Shown: positions 31,030-45,892 of the stretch, in pieces
Position numbering within the stretch: the stretch's first letter is position 1
How the letters are laid out: every line of letters starts with the position of its first letter
Source of the DNA: Eledone cirrhosa
Lineage: Eukaryota
Length of the DNA: 64,000 nucleotides
Reading direction: 5' to 3'
Assembly (NCBI GenBank): GCA_964016885.1
Contig: OZ024745.1
Span: 73,222,001 to 73,286,000, forward strand
Program-made: the position numbers and the translations under genes
The notes under the pieces: generated by a model
The model's input: the letters and a program-made list of their open reading frames with translations, nothing else
What the model was told of the DNA's origin: nothing
The model's database searches: none

Positions 31030-31786
31030 AGTTAAGTCATTGGCATCACAGAATTCCAGGATACTGAAACCTTCCTTGTTTCTAGTACCAAATCCATAAC
31101 CTCCATGGATCCCATCATAGCCATCATAGCCCATCAATGTCACCAGCAATGATTATGTAATCATTGCCAACTATTGCAAGGCAATGTGTCAGTGTAAATC
31201 AGGATGTTGTTGGAGATAACTGTGTCTGAAATGATGCCAGTACACTTAGCGTCACTGATGTTCAGAAAAAGGAGGCCTGGAAATGTCACTATGAGAGACT
31301 GATGAATGTTGAGAATGAATGGGAGAGAGAGACACTACCCCCAGCAGACCCAACAGTGGGAGTTTGTTATTGAGGTCGATGACTATAGAGTCAAAGAAGC
31401 AATTAAAGAAATGAAAAGTGTTAAGGCCAATGGACCATCAGGGATAGTCGCTGAGATGTTAAAGGCACTAAAGGAACTAAACTAGTTACACACATTGTCA
31501 ATCAAGTTATATATGGCGAAGTCATACCACAAAGACTGGTCCAGCAGTATACTTGTAAATTGTTACAAAGCTAAAGGGGATGCTCTGGAAAGGAGCACTT
31601 ATAGGGGCATAAAACTGATGAATCAGGTTATGAAAGTAACAGAAAGAGTGCTAGCACAACTAATTAGAGAAAGAGTCAAATTAGATGAGATGTAGTTTGG
31701 TTTTGTGCCTGGGAAAAGTACAATAGATGCCCTCTCCTTAGTGAGATAACTACAAGTGAGGTTCTTAGAGAAGAATAAGCCACTCC
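31030..31786 (+). pseudogene. Old RTE fragment: RT piece on +, preceded by an inverted APE endonuclease piece
   Basis: YRGIKLMNQVMKVTERVL..LDEM*FGFVPGKST on +; GYDGIHGGYGFGTRN on minus at about 31070-31135. Confidence 0.75.
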
Positions 31787-34700
31787 CTTCTCTCACCAAA
31801 TATAAATAAACCTGTTGCGAGGTACGAATCTCAGAATTTGTCAACGCTTATTAATGGTCAGACCTGCCCCCCACCCCTGCGAAATGTAATGTAAAATGCC
31901 ATTTTTTTCTTGTCTCTCCAGCCTCTCGGTCCATTCATTCATATATCCGTATCATCGCCCAGAATCCAATCTTTTGCTCTCTCTCAATGCTATTCTATAA
32001 TTCTGTCTGGTTGTTCTAAATAATCTTCTTGTATTTTAAAATCACATTATTCGCTTATTATTACTGTTATATGCTTGTCCAATTATGCCCAAAATTCGAA
32101 GATTTTATTTAAACCCTCTTGCTAACTACCCCATACCCCTCCCACCCGCCGCCACTCTCCACCATTATTATTAGGACCAATCATAAGTCAGCGGCCTATG
32201 CTATCACTTCTGGTTGCTTTTTGATATGATGGATGGACTAAGGAATTCTGGAGAGTCTGAAAAATCTGGACACTCGGTGACGATGCCAAAGATAAAGACA
32301 AATTCACCTCATGCTGCCGGACGAAAAGGGAAGGACTCCTCCTCTTTGTTTCGGCCGCGGATGGCCAACATAACCCAACCCCATCCCCCTCACCCCTCCC
32401 CGCGCCCCACCGTTCCCACCCACCAAACGCAATCCAAAACTTCAGAGTTGGTACCATAAATGTAGGCACCTCAAAAGGTCGCTCTAACGAGGTTGTAGAA
32501 ATGCTTGAAGGTAAGGAGGTTGATGTTTGCTGTATCCAAGAGACGAGGTGGAGGGGTGGGTCTACTAGATTCATTGTGGGTAAAAAACGTTGCTATAAGC
32601 TTTTCTGGGGGTGGGGTGGGGGATGACAATGGGCTGGGGGATGACAATGGGCTGGGTGGGGTAGGAATCATATTAGCAGAAAAATGGGTAGATAAGATAA
32701 TAGACATAAATAGAGTGAATGACAGAATAATTAAAATAAGACTTGTCCTAAATAGAACTACTGTGACAGTAATATCTGCGTATACACCCCAATCCGGACT
32801 GCCTGGCGCTATAAAAGACAGATTCTATGAGACGTTGATGCTCACTACCTCCCAAATAACTGACAGTGACTACATAATTATTGCTGGCGACCGAAATGGT
32901 CGCGTTGGACAACATTGTGACGGCTATGACGGAATCCATGGAGGCTATGGGTTTGGTACTAGAAATGAGGAAGGCTCCAGAATCCTGGAATTCTGTGACG
33001 CAAATATCCTAACTATCTGTAACACTAACTTAAAAAAACGAGACAATCACTTGATCACCTATAGATCAGGGGAACACGCCAGTCAGATAGATTATATCCT
33101 TACCAGAAGACGTGATAGAGTGTCTGTTCTAAACACTAAATCCCTCCCCCATGAAGAATGCACCTCCCAACATAGACTCATAGTCAGGACAAGATGTACT
33201 CGACAACAGAGGAGGACTATCCTCAGGAAAAAAATATGGAAGCTAAAGGACCCCACAGCCAGTAATAAATTTAAAAGCATATTACTTGATGCTTTTGACA
33301 GTAAGGAAGAGCAATTAGAGTTGTACAATATAGAGGAACAGTGGGAATTCCTGAAAGCTAACCTGCTGAAGGCAGCACATGATGTCTGTGGCTGGAACAG
33401 GCCTATGGGCAGGAGGAGAGTAACGTGGTGGTGGAACAGTAAGGTGGAGGAGTCAATTAAGGCCAAAAAGCAGGCTTGGAAAGTATGGCGGGATGGGGGA
33501 AGTAGAGAAGACTATCAAGTGGCCAGGAGGGAAGCTAGGAGACAAGTGTACTTCGCAAGAAGGGAAGCAGAGGAAAGAGAGTTCAAGCATGTTCTACAAC
33601 GTGAGGACCAAAAACGTGAGGTGTTCAGGATTGCTAGGCAATGTGTCAAGGAAAGCCGTGATATTGTTGCAGAGAAGTGTGTCCTTAATGATGATGGTGT
33701 GCTTGCCATCACTGACGCTGATAAGAAGGTAGCTTGGCAGTGTCACTACAAAAGCTACTAAATGAGGAGAATAAATGGGAGAAAGACAGTCTCCCCCACA
33801 TCGAACCAATAGAGGGACCAGCAGTGCTAGTTGAAGGTAGTATAATAAGTAAGGCAATCAAAGATATGAAGACGGGTAAGGCGGCTGGGCCTTCGGAAAT
33901 ATTTGCTGAAATGTTGAAAGCATCTGGAACGGTGAGACACACTATGGTCACCCAGATAGTAAACCAAGTCATACAGAATGGGGCCGTTCCGAAGGACTGG
34001 CGTAGCAGCATCATCATTAACAGCTACACGGGTAAAGGAGATGTCCTAGATAGGTGTAACTATAGAGGCATTAAATTAATCGACCAGGTCATGAAGATCA
34101 CAGAAAAAGTAATAGCGCAACTAATCAGAGAACGAATTGATCTAGATGAAATGCAGTTCGGGTTTGTGTCAGGTAAAAGTACCACAGACGCACTTTTCAT
34201 TGCTCGACAACTACAGAAGTAGCAGCTAGCTAAAAGTAAACCCCTATACTTAGCTTTTGTTGACTTGGAGAAAGCCTTTGACAGAGTCCCCCGCTCCATT
34301 ATCTGGTCGGCTCTTAGAAAACTAGGTGTTGTTGAATGGCTTGTGAGGGCTATACAAGCCATGTATAAAGAAACGGTCAGCAAGGTTAGAATTAACAACG
34401 AATATAGTGAAGAGTTTAGTGTAAAAGTTGGTGTTCATCAGGGCTCTGTTCTTAGCCCCCTACTATTTATTATTGCCCTTCAGGCTATAACAGAGGAGTT
34501 CAAGACCGCCTGCCCATGGGAACTCCTATATGCAGATGATCTAACGCTCATAGCTGAATCAATGGCTGAACTAGAGAAGAAATTCCAAACATTGAAGCAT
34601 GGCCTTGAATCTAAAGGCCTTAAAGTTAACTTGTGTAAGACTAAAGTTCTAGTTTGTAGGAAGTAAAATAGGGCACCGGTCCCATCTGGGAAATGGCCAT

Positions 34701-35903
34701 GCTCAGTGTGTAGTAAAGGAGTAGTCAGAAACTCCATGTTATGTCCCAAATGCAAAGTATGGGTGCATAAAAGATGTAGTGGGATCACAGGTAAGGTAAC
34801 TAAGAATATAGATTTTATATGTGGCCGGTGCTCTGGTGCAATAAGTAGCAGCAAGTGCCCAGAGAATACTAGCTCATTCCATTGCACAGATGGTTCTATA
34901 GAAATAGTGGACACCTTCCGTTACCTGGGTGACAAAATCAACAGTGGGGGAGGGTGCTCTGAAACTACAGTAGCTAGAGTTAGAACGGGATGGAAAAAGT
35001 TCAGAGCTTATACCACTATTGGCCGCTAAAGGGTTCTCTCTAAAAATGAAAGGCAGATTGTATGATGCTTGTATACGAATAGCAATGCTACATGGCAGTG
35101 AAACATGGGCATTGCGTGCAGAGGACTTGTGTCGACTGGAAAGGAACGAAGCATGCATGCTCCGTTGGATGTGTAATAGTAATATACGTGAACGGCAAAG
35201 CATAAATGAACTAAGTGAGAAATTAGGAATAAGAGGGATCAGATGCTGTTAACTCGAGAGAAGACTACGTTGGTATGGCCATGTGATGCGCATGAAAGAC
35301 GACAGCTGTATAAAAAAGTGCAGGGCGATCAAAATTGATGGTAGTTACGGAGTAGGTAGACCCAGAAAAACCTGGGACAATCTGATAAATTCCGACCTTA
35401 CACACTTGCACCTTCTAAGACAATGTCACTGGACCGAGATCTTTGGCGCTACGCAGTAATACAGAAGACCCGCCTTGCCTATGTACAAAGCAAAGTCTAC
35501 AGTCAGTAGGCACCTCTTAACCAAATATACAGCCCAACCCACTACCCCTACACTATCCTCCCACTCCCACCAACACCACCCCCTCTCTATAAAGTTGTTA
35601 CTACAACATCCAGTCCAAATAAATGAGATAAATGACATCGAGATCGTGTAGGTATCACGAGAAAAAAAACACACAGTCCACGCTGTAATGTGGTCGTGTA
35701 GGTAACATGGTAAAAAGTTCCCAGTTCCACACTGTAAATGTGGTTGGTGTTAGGAAGGGCATCCAGCGTAGAAAACCTGCCAGATAGTCCTATATGAGCG
35801 AGACACGGTCACCCGACCAACCTTGCCTCAAGTGGGACAACTCCCGTCTAACCCATGCTAGCGTGGAAAGTGGACGTTAAACGAAGATGATCATGATGAT
35901 GAT
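31787..35903 (+). mobile_element. Near full-length RTE-clade LINE (family C relative), inactivated
   Basis: Putative 5'UTR, APE endonuclease, RT, PHD-like finger, C-terminus, 3'UTR and (GAT)n tail; 5' boundary approximate. Confidence 0.9.
32227..35483 (+). pseudogene. RTE ORF2 (APE endonuclease plus reverse transcriptase) with several frameshifts and stops
   Basis: [72 protein letters not shown]. Confidence 0.92.
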
Positions 35904-35929
35904 ACATCCATGCACACACATATATATAT

Positions 35930-36244
35930 GTACGTATGGATTTACCGAGCGTTTATTATAATGCTCGGTTTGTTTGTAAACAAACATCCTGAATTAAGCT
36001 GTACAGTGTTTAGCAACCATTGTTGCCCTTTTGTTCAACACTGACAAAGGAACGATGTACTAGTTTCAAGCTTATTAGCTATCGTTCGATTAACTCACTC
36101 GATATGCAAATTAGGCTTCTCGCCCATTAATATGCATAAGGAAAGTATATACTTTCAGATGTTCAATCATCTGGCAGAAAGGTATATGGTGTTGACGATA
36201 GCTAATAAGCTTGAAACTAGTACATCGTTCCTTTGTCAGTGTTG
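35930..36244. mobile_element. ORF-less Penelope-like cassette with inverted arms and hammerhead
   Basis: 50-bp inverted arms 36036-36085 and 36195-36244, tail 35930-36035. Confidence 0.7.
36186..36228 (+). ncRNA. Minimal hammerhead with TTGACGA core
   Basis: ATGGTG-TTGACGA-T AGCT aata AGCT T-GAAA-CTAG-TA-CATCGT. Confidence 0.7.
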
Positions 36245-36342
36245 TATATATATATGTATATATATATGTATATGTATATATGTATATATATATATATATG
36301 TATATGTATATATGTATATATATATATGTATATGTATATATG

Positions 36343-36389
<47 letters not shown>

Positions 36390-36399
36390 ATATATATAT

Positions 36400-36939
36400 G
36401 TCGTCTAAACTGGCAACCCCACCAAGGTTTCTTGGTGAGGAGGGTGACTTTGGACATCCTGCAGGACTAAAAACAAAACCTGTCAAAGGGCAAAGGAGCT
36501 CTTAAGAGTCAATGGCCATCCAAAATCACCGGGAGAGATGACCCCTTAGCCTTTGTCAAGGCAGAATTCTAGGAGAAGGAAAACTCTGATATAACACCTG
36601 CAACCCTGATGGTATCCAATGATGTTGACTTGTTCTTCTTTTTGGTAAATATCATCTTGGTTAAGAGAGTGGGACTGGCTTTGTGCAGTGCCTTTGCTCA
36701 CTATAAAAGCTTCACGGCACAGGCATTGCTTTATATCTGGAGATCTCTCTGCACTTGTCGTCACATGGTACCATGGGCCCAGCACTATGTGTCAGTAATT
36801 GTCACAAGTGTAGTGTTTGTACCAGAGTTTTCAAGTCGCTGGCTGGACTAAAAAGTCACACTCGTTCAGCGCATCGGTAGGGGTTCTCCTACATGGATAT
36901 AAAGTAGTGGCCGTACTCGAAAACGAGTTGGCAGCCACC
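36400..36939 (+). mobile_element. Non-autonomous RTE-derived element, copy 2
   Basis: Near-identical to 43245-43856; ends GGCAGCCACC. Confidence 0.8.
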
Positions 36940-36944
36940 ATATA

Positions 36945-37002
<58 letters not shown>

Positions 37003-37064
37003 GGTATATGTATATGTATATATGTAGGTATATGTATATGTATATATGTATATATGTATATATG

Positions 37065-37115
<51 letters not shown>

Positions 37116-37136
37116 GTATATGTATATCTATATATG

Positions 37137-37224
<88 letters not shown>

Positions 37225-37230
37225 AATGTG

Positions 37231-37293
<63 letters not shown>

Positions 37294-37314
37294 GTATATG
37301 TATATCTATATAAG

Positions 37315-37367
<53 letters not shown>

Positions 37368-37372
37368 GTATG

Positions 37373-37405
<33 letters not shown>

Positions 37406-37426
37406 GTATATGTATATCTATATAAG

Positions 37427-37495
<69 letters not shown>

Positions 37496-37516
37496 GTATA
37501 TGTATATCTATATAAG

Positions 37517-37555
<39 letters not shown>

Positions 37556-37566
37556 GTATATATATG

Positions 37567-37616
<50 letters not shown>

Positions 37617-37640
37617 TGTATGTATATGTATAGGTATATA

Positions 37641-37677
<37 letters not shown>

Positions 37678-37944
37678 ATATATATATATATATATGTGTA
37701 TATATATGTATATATATGTATATATATATATATATGTGTATATATATATATGTATATATATGTGTATATATATATATGTATATATATGTGTATATATATG
37801 TGTATATATATATGTATATATATGTGTATATATATATGTATATATATATGTATATATATATGTATATATGTATATATATATGTATATATGTATATATGTA
37901 TATATATATGTATATATGTATATATGTATATATGTATATATATA

Positions 37945-37977
<33 letters not shown>

Positions 37978-38024
37978 ATATATATGTATATATATGTATA
38001 TATGTATATATGTATATATATATG
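36940..38024. repeat. Imperfect (TA)n microsatellite
   Basis: Direct reading; TCTATATAAG marker recurs three times (about 37305, 37417, 37507). Confidence 0.98.
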
Positions 38025-38434
38025 TTGGGAGAGATGACCCCTTAGCCTTTGTCAAGGCAGAATTCTAGGAGAAGGAAAACTCTGATATAACACCTGCAAC
38101 CCTGATGGTATCCAATGATGTTGACTTGTTCTACTTTTGGTAAATATCATCTTGGTTAAGAGAGTGGGACTGGCTCTGTGCAATTCCTTTGCTCACTATA
38201 AAAGCTTCATGGCACAGGCATTGCTTTATATCTGGAGATCTCTCTGCACTTGTCGTCACATGGTACCATGGGCCCAGCACTATGTGTCAATAATTGTCAC
38301 AAGTGTAGTGTTTGTACCAGAGTTTTCAAGTCGCTGGCTGGACTCAAAAGTCACACTCGTTCAGCGCATCGGTAGGGGTTCTCCTACATGGATATAAAGT
38401 AGTGGCCGTACTCGAAAACGAGTTGGCAGCCACC
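38025..38434 (+). mobile_element. Non-autonomous RTE-derived element, copy 3
   Basis: Same 5' start (TGGGAGAGA) as copy 1. Confidence 0.8.
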
Positions 38435-39759
38435 ATATATATATGTATATATATGTATATATGTATATATATATGTATATATATGTATATATGTATATAT
38501 GTATATATGTATATATGTATATATATATATATATGTATATATATATGTATATATATATGTATATATGTATATATATATGTATATATGTATATATGTATAT
38601 ATATATGTATATATATATGTATATATATATGTATATATGTATATATATATGTATATATATATGTATATATATATGTATATATGTATATATGTATATATAT
38701 ATGTATATATATATGTATATATGTATATATATATGTATATATATATGTATATATATATATATATATGTATGTATATATATATATGTATGTATATATATAT
38801 ATACATGTATATATATATATATGTATATATATATGTATATATATATATGTATATATATATATATGTATATATATGTATATGTATATGTATATATATGTAT
38901 ATATATATGTATATGTATATGTATACATATGTATATGTATGTATGTATATATATATGTATGTATATATATATGTATGTATATATATATATATGTATATGT
39001 ATATGTATGTATATATATATATATGTATATATATATGTATATGTATGTATGTATATATATATGTATATGTATATGTATGTATATATATATATATGTATAT
39101 ATATATGTATATGTATGTATGTATATATATATGTATATATATATGTATATATATATATGTATATATATATATGTATATATATGTATATATATATATGTAT
39201 ATATATATATGTATATATATATATGTATATATATATATGTATATATATATATGTATATATATATATGTATATATATATGTATATATATATATGTATATAT
39301 ATATATGTATATGTATATATATATATATGTATATGTATATATATGTATATGTATATATATGTATATGTATATATATGTATATGTATATGTATACATATAT
39401 ATATGTATATGTATGTATGTATATATATATATGTATGTATATATATATATATGTATATATATATGTATGTATATATATATATATATATGTATATGTATGT
39501 ATGTATATATATATGTATATATATATGTATATGTATGTATATATATATATGTATATATATGTATGTATGTATATATATGTATATATATATGTATATATAT
39601 GTATATATATATATGTATATATATATATGTATATATATATATGTATATATATGTATATATATATATGTATATATATATATGTATATATATATGTATATAT
39701 ATATGTATATATATATGTATATATATATGTATATATATATGTATATATATATGTATATA
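38435..39759. repeat. Imperfect (TA)n microsatellite
   Basis: Direct reading. Confidence 0.98.
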
Positions 39760-40574
39760 TCATCATCATCATCACCGTTTAACGTCCGTGTTCCACGCCT
39801 GCATGGGTTTGGACGGGGGTAGTCCCACTTGAGGCAAGAGTGATTGTCTTGCTCGCATAGGACTGTCTGGCAGGTTTTCTACAGTTGGATGCCCTTCCTA
39901 ACACCAACCACATTTACAGTGTGGGTCTGGGAGGTTTTTACCGTGTTGCCTACACGGCCACATTACAGCGTGGACTGTGTGTTTTTTTGTCGTGACACCT
40001 ACACGATCTCATTTGTTTCGGCCTGGATGGTGTGGCACCAACACAACTTTACATAGAACGGGGTGGCGTGGATGGGTTGGGGGTGGTGGGACGGGGGTGG
40101 GGGTGGGGGGGTATTTTGTTAGATGCCTACTGGCTGTAGTAGGTTTTACTATGTATTTAGGTAAGGCGGGTCTTCTCTGTTACTGAGTACCGCCAAAGGT
40201 CTCGGTCCAGTGACATTGTCTTGGAGAGGTGTAAGTGTGTGAGGTCAGAGTTTATCAGCTCGTCTCAGTTTTTTCTATGTCTGCCTATTCCGTGGCTACC
40301 GTCTATCTTTATTGCCCTGCACTTTGTTATACAGCTATCGACTTTCATGCGCATCACGTGTCCATACCAACGTAGCCTTCTCTCGAGTAAACAACATCTG
40401 ATCCCTCTTATTTCTAATTTTTCCTTAGTTCGTTTATGCTTTGCCGTTCACGTATATTACTGTTACACATCCAGCGGAGCATGCAAGCTTCGTTCCTCTC
40501 TAGTCTGCGTATATCCTCTGCACACAATGCCCAGGTGTCACTGCCATGCAACATTGCTGTTCGTATGCAGGCAT
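39760..40574 (-). mobile_element. RTE-clade LINE family C, 3' fragment
   Basis: (GAT)n tail, 3'UTR, C-terminal coding region. Confidence 0.9.
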
Positions 40575-40759
40575 ATATGTATATATATATGTGTATATAT
40601 ATATGTATATATGTATATATATGTATATATATATATATGTATAGATGTGTATATATATATGTGTATATATATATGTATATATGTATATATATATGTATAT
40701 GTATATATGTATATATATGTATATATGTATATATATATATATATATGTATATGTATATA

Positions 40760-41849
40760 TCATCATCATCATCATCATCATCAACGTTTAACGTCCGTGT
40801 TCCACGCTTGCATGGGTTTGGACGGGGGTAGTCCCACTTGAGGCAAGAGTGATTGTCTTGCTCGCATAGGACTGTCTGGCAGGTTTTCTACAGTTGGATG
40901 CCCTTCCTAACACCAACCACATTTACAGTGTGGGTCTGGGAGGTTTTTACCGTGTTGCCTACACGGCCACATTACAGCGTGGACTGTGTGTTTTTTTGTC
41001 GTGACACCTACACGATCTCATTTGTTTCGGCCTGGATGGCGCGGCACCAACATAACTTTACATAGAACGGGGTGGTGTGGATGGGGTGGGGGTGGCGGCG
41101 GGAAGGGTGTATTTTGTTAGAGATGCCTACTGGCAAGGCGGGTCTTCTCTGTTACTGAGTACCGCCAAAGGTCACGGTCCAGTGACATTGTCTTGGAGAG
41201 GTGTAAGTGTGTGAGGTCGGAGTTTATCAGCTCATCCCATGTTTTTCTAGGTCTGCCTATTCCGTGGCTACCGTCTATCTTTATTGCCCTGCACTTTGTA
41301 ATACAGCTATCGACTTTCATGCGCATCACGTGTCCATACCAACGCAGCCTTCTCTCGAGTAAACAACATCTGATCCCTCTTATCTCTAATTTTTTCCTTA
41401 GTTCGTTTATGCTTTGCCGTTCACGTATATTACTGTTACACATCCAGCGGAGCATGCAAGCTTCGTTCCTCTCTAGTCTGCATATATCCTCTGCACACAA
41501 TGCCCAGGTCTCACTACCATGCAACATTGCTGTTCGTATGCAGGCATCGTACAACCTGCCTTTCATTTTTAGGGAGAACCCTTTAGCAGCTAATAGTGGT
41601 ATAAGCTCTCTGAACTTTTTCCAACCAGTTCTGACTCTAGCTACAGTACTTTCAGAGCACCCTCCCCCACTGCTGATTTTATCGCCCAGGTAACGGAAGC
41701 TGTCCACTATTTCTATAGAACCCTCTGCGCAATTGAAAGAGCTAGTATTTTATGGGCACTTGCTGCTACTTATTGCACCAGAACACCGGCCACATGTAAA
41801 GTCTATGTTCTTAGTTAGCTTACCTGTGATCCCACTACATCTTTTATGC
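40760..41849 (-). mobile_element. RTE-clade LINE family C, 5'-truncated
   Basis: ORF 41117-41707 ([23 protein letters not shown]); (GAT)n tail. Confidence 0.92.
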
Positions 41850-42202
41850 GTATATATATATGTATATATGTATATATATATATGTATATATGTATATATA
41901 TGTATGTATATATGTATATATGTATATATGTATATATGTATATATATATGTATATATATATGTATATATGTATATATATATGTATATATATATGTATATA
42001 TATGTATATATATATGTATATATATATGTATATATATGTATATATATATGTATATATATATGTATATATATGTGTATATATATGTATATATATATGTATG
42101 TATGTATGTATATATGTATATATATATATATGTATATATATATGTATATATATATGTGTATATATATGTATATATATATGTATATATGTATATATATATG
42201 TA

Positions 42203-43124
42203 TAACTTTGAATAACTTTGGCCAGTATTGGCCCAGGCAATGTCTAACTTAATAGCACCACCTGGCGAAGTCTTTCAATTCAGGATTTGGGCACCATGGC
42301 CCATTCGAGAAGAGAATTACTGTTTGCGGAGACATATCCGGGTGTGGGTGGTTTGTCCGGGATTACTTGGAGGAATTTGTCCAAAGACTTCTTGAATTTT
42401 GTGTGGTCAGTTTCTGTTTTGACGTGTCCTGGTGTGATGTTGAAGAGAGCAGGGCCGATTGAGGTGAAATAATTGTGCCGTATTGTTGTTATGAGTTGCG
42501 ATTTAGATTTTTGAATGGGACGGATATCACGGGGCCCAAGCCTTGGGTGTATCTTGAAGGCGATGCCAACATCATTTGGGCAGTGATGATGGAACATTTT
42601 CCACATCATGCAGATAATATAACGCTCATGGCGACGTTGGAGTGAGTCAAGTTTCAGGTTTTCTAATCGACCCCAGTAGTCAAGGTCTGACATGCCATCT
42701 ATCTTTTTCGTGATTGCCCTTTGAGGAGCTTCAAGTTTCATGATACTTTGTTTCGTGTGGGGAGACCACAGTGGACAACAGTATTCAAGGTGTGGTCGGG
42801 CAAAAGTAGAGAAGAGAAGGATAATGGTGCGGGAATCTCTCGACTGGAAGGTTCTGAGGATCCAGGAACACATTCTGCGGGCCATGTCAACTTTGCTGCT
42901 TATATGCGTGGTCCAGCTTATGTTGCTGTCCACGGTTACTCCCAAGTCTCTGATGTTGTTAGATGCCACGAGAGTTTCCCCGGAGGGAAGGGAGTACTGG
43001 AGTTTCAGAGCATCCTCTTTTCCAAAGTGGATCAGTTCGAATTTGTCTTCGTTCAGTAACATGTTGTTCTTTTCCGCCCATTGGGTAACAGCCAGTAGGT
43101 CTGACTGAAGGCTTATCCGGCCAT
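42203..43124 (-). mobile_element. CR1-group LINE, 3' fragment
   Basis: ORF 42280-43062 ([23 protein letters not shown]); TTCAAAGTTA-type tail. Confidence 0.88.
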
Positions 43125-43155
43125 TATGTATGTATGTATATATATATATGTATGT

Positions 43156-43193
<38 letters not shown>

Positions 43194-43194
43194 G

Positions 43195-43229
<35 letters not shown>

Positions 43230-43244
43230 GTATATATATATATT

Positions 43245-43856
43245 CGGGTCAGGTCACCAGTTGGTGCTACTGGTAACATGTATCACAGTACAACCTGTCT
43301 CATGGTCGGGTCGTTGGCGACTAAACTGGCAACCCCACCAAGGTTTCTTGGTGAGGAGGGTGACTTTAGACATCCTGCAGGACTAAAAACAAAACCTGTC
43401 AAAGGGCAAAGGAGCTCTTAAGAGTCAATGGCCTTCCAAAATCACCGGGAGAGATGACCCCTTAGCCTTTGTCAAGGCAGAATTCTAGGAGAAGGAAAAC
43501 TCTGATATAACACCTGCAACCCTGATGGTATCCAATAATGTTGACTTGTTCTTCTTTTTGGTAAACATCATCTTGGTTAAGAGAGTGGGACTGGCTTTGT
43601 GCAATGCCTTTGCTCACTATAAAAGCTTCACGGCACAGGCATTGCTTTATATCTGGAGATCTCTCTGCACTTGTCATCACATGGTACCATGGGCCCAGCA
43701 CTGTGTGTCAAATAATTGTCACAGGTGTAGTGTTTGTACCAGAGTTTTCAAGTCGCTGGCTGGACTAAAAAGTCACACTCGTTCAGCGCATCGGTAGGGG
43801 TTTTCCTACATGGATATAAAGTAGTGGCCGTACTCGAAAACGAGTTGGCAGCCACC
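43245..43856 (+). mobile_element. Non-autonomous RTE-derived element, copy 4 (longest 5' end)
   Basis: About 610 bp; RTE-like 5'UTR fused to C2H2 remnant [19 protein letters not shown]. Confidence 0.8.
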
Positions 43857-44060
43857 ATATATATATGTATATATATGTATATATATATGTATATATATGT
43901 ATATATATGTATATATATATGTATATATATATATATGTATGTATATATATATGTATATATATATGTATATATGTATATGTATATATATGTATATATATAT
44001 ATGTATATATATGTATATATATATATATACATATGTATATACATATATATATATATATGT

Positions 44061-44091
<31 letters not shown>

Positions 44092-44461
44092 CATATGTAT
44101 ATACATATATATATATATATGTATACATATGTATATATATATGTATATATATGTATATATGTATATATATATATATGTATATATATGTATATATATATAT
44201 ATGTATATATGTATATATATGTATATATATACATATGTATATGTATATATATATATACATATGTATATAGATATATATATATGTATATATATATATGTAT
44301 ATATATGTATATATATATGTATGTATATATATGTATATATATATGTATGTATATATATGTATATATATATGTATATATATGTATATATATATATGTGTAT
44401 ATATATATATGTATATATATATATATGTGTATATATATATATGTATATATATATATATGTG

Positions 44462-44492
<31 letters not shown>

Positions 44493-44509
44493 GTGTATAT
44501 ATATATATG

Positions 44510-44556
<47 letters not shown>

Positions 44557-44773
44557 GTATATATATATGTATATATATATGTATATATATATGTATATAT
44601 ATATATATGTATATATATATGTATATATATATGTATATATATATGTGTATATATATATATGTGTATATATATATATATGTATATATATATGTATATATAT
44701 ATATATGTGTATGTGTATATATATATGTATATATATATATATGTGTATGTGTATATATATGTATATATATATG

Positions 44774-44806
<33 letters not shown>

Positions 44807-44879
44807 GTATATATATATGTATATATATATATGTATATATATATATGTATATATATATGTATATGTATATATATATATG

Positions 44880-44910
<31 letters not shown>

Positions 44911-44935
44911 GTATATATATATGTATATATATATG

Positions 44936-45000
<65 letters not shown>

Positions 45001-45196
45001 GTGTATATATATGTATATATATATGTATATATATATGTATATATATATATATATGTATATATATGTATATATATATGTATATATATATATATATGTATAT
45101 ATATATGTATATATATATGTATATATATATGTATATATATATGTATATATATATGTATATATATGTATATATATATGTATATATATATGTATATAT

Positions 45197-45228
<32 letters not shown>

Positions 45229-45265
45229 GTATATATATATGTATATGTATATGTATATATATATG

Positions 45266-45298
<33 letters not shown>

Positions 45299-45308
45299 GT
45301 ATATGTAT

Positions 45309-45340
<32 letters not shown>

Positions 45341-45428
45341 GTATATATATATGTATATGTATATATATATGTATATATATATATATATGTATATGTATAT
45401 ATATATGTATATGTATATGTATATATAT

Positions 45429-45476
<48 letters not shown>

Positions 45477-45663
45477 GTATATGTATATATATATGTATAT
45501 GTATATGTATATATATATGTATATGTATATGTATATATATATGTATATGTATATGTATATATACATGTATATATATATGTATATATATATGTATATATAT
45601 ATGTATATATATATGTATATATATATATATATGTATATATATGTATATATATATGTATATATA

Positions 45664-45724
<61 letters not shown>

Positions 45725-45892
45725 GTATATGTATATATATATGTATATATATATGTATATATATATGTATATATATATGTATATATATATGTATATATAT
45801 ATGTATATATGTATATATATATGTATATATATATGTATATATATATGTATATATATATGTATATATATATGTATATATATATGTATATATAT
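43857..45892. repeat. 2-kb imperfect (TA)n microsatellite
   Basis: Direct reading. Confidence 0.98.

Noticed and set aside
43245-43335. HDV-like ribozyme at the 5' end of the RTE derivative (GGG-TCG ttgg CGA-CTAA-ACTGG looks like P4, J4/2, P2)
   Set aside because: Could not build a consistent P1/P3/L3 by eye; needs a descriptor search on the family consensus
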